NCBI RefSeq assembly: GCF_033153115.1
Contig: NW_026889835.1
Coordinates: forward strand, 2,046,001 to 2,110,000
Direction: 5' to 3'
Length of the DNA: 64,000 nucleotides
Source of the DNA: Saccostrea echinata
Taxonomy: Eukaryota
Of the stretch, positions 63,830 through 64,000 are shown piece after piece. The notes below the pieces were generated by a model that saw nothing but the letters and a program-made list of their open reading frames with translations, was not told the DNA's origin and ran no database searches. The position numbers and the translations under genes were made by a program. How positions within the stretch are numbered: the stretch's first letter is position 1; every line of letters begins with the position of its first letter.

Positions 63830-64000
63830 TGAAAGATGGAGATAATGAAAAGTATTCATGGTCAGAAATCCAATGAAACAATAGAAATCGGGAGCAGAGC
63901 AAACACGGGCCTCTAAGGGCATCAGAGGCGTGATCGGGTGCCATGGAGGAGTAAGCATCCCCTATCGACCGGTCACACCCGACGAGCGCTCCTTGTCATG
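63830..64000 (-). mobile_element. 3' tail of the same retroelement family as 505-920 (runs off the window)
   Basis: The reverse complement reads GGTGTGACCGGTCGATAGGGGATGCTTACTCCTCCATGGCACCCGATCACGCCTCTG, matching 785-850. Confidence 0.7.

Overview
AT-rich eukaryotic genomic DNA with spliceosomal introns. The repeat families suggest a bivalve mollusc, probably an oyster (inference). Three intact genes were reconstructed by hand, all with GT-AG introns and consistent phases. (1) A BMP3/GDF10-family TGF-beta ligand: minus strand, 3 coding exons, 8357-15527, 463 aa. (2) An unrecognised K/E/R/Q-rich coiled-coil protein: minus strand, 13 coding exons, 30890-56625, 557 aa. The ORF track shows only fragments of it. 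(3) CFAP299/C4orf22: plus strand, 6 coding exons, 59140-62015, 234 aa. Genes 2 and 3 are head-to-head around a short region carrying an RFX X-box, which points to a co-regulated ciliary gene pair. CFAP299 lies on the 5' side of BMP3, as in human 4q21, suggesting ancient microsynteny. The rest is non-autonomous mobile DNA: two hAT elements with 8-bp TSDs, several Helentron-type HINEs with internal satellite arrays, Tc1/mariner-type MITEs, Penelope-like retroelement remnants, long hairpin elements and a palindromic minisatellite. No rRNA, tRNA or CRISPR array was seen.
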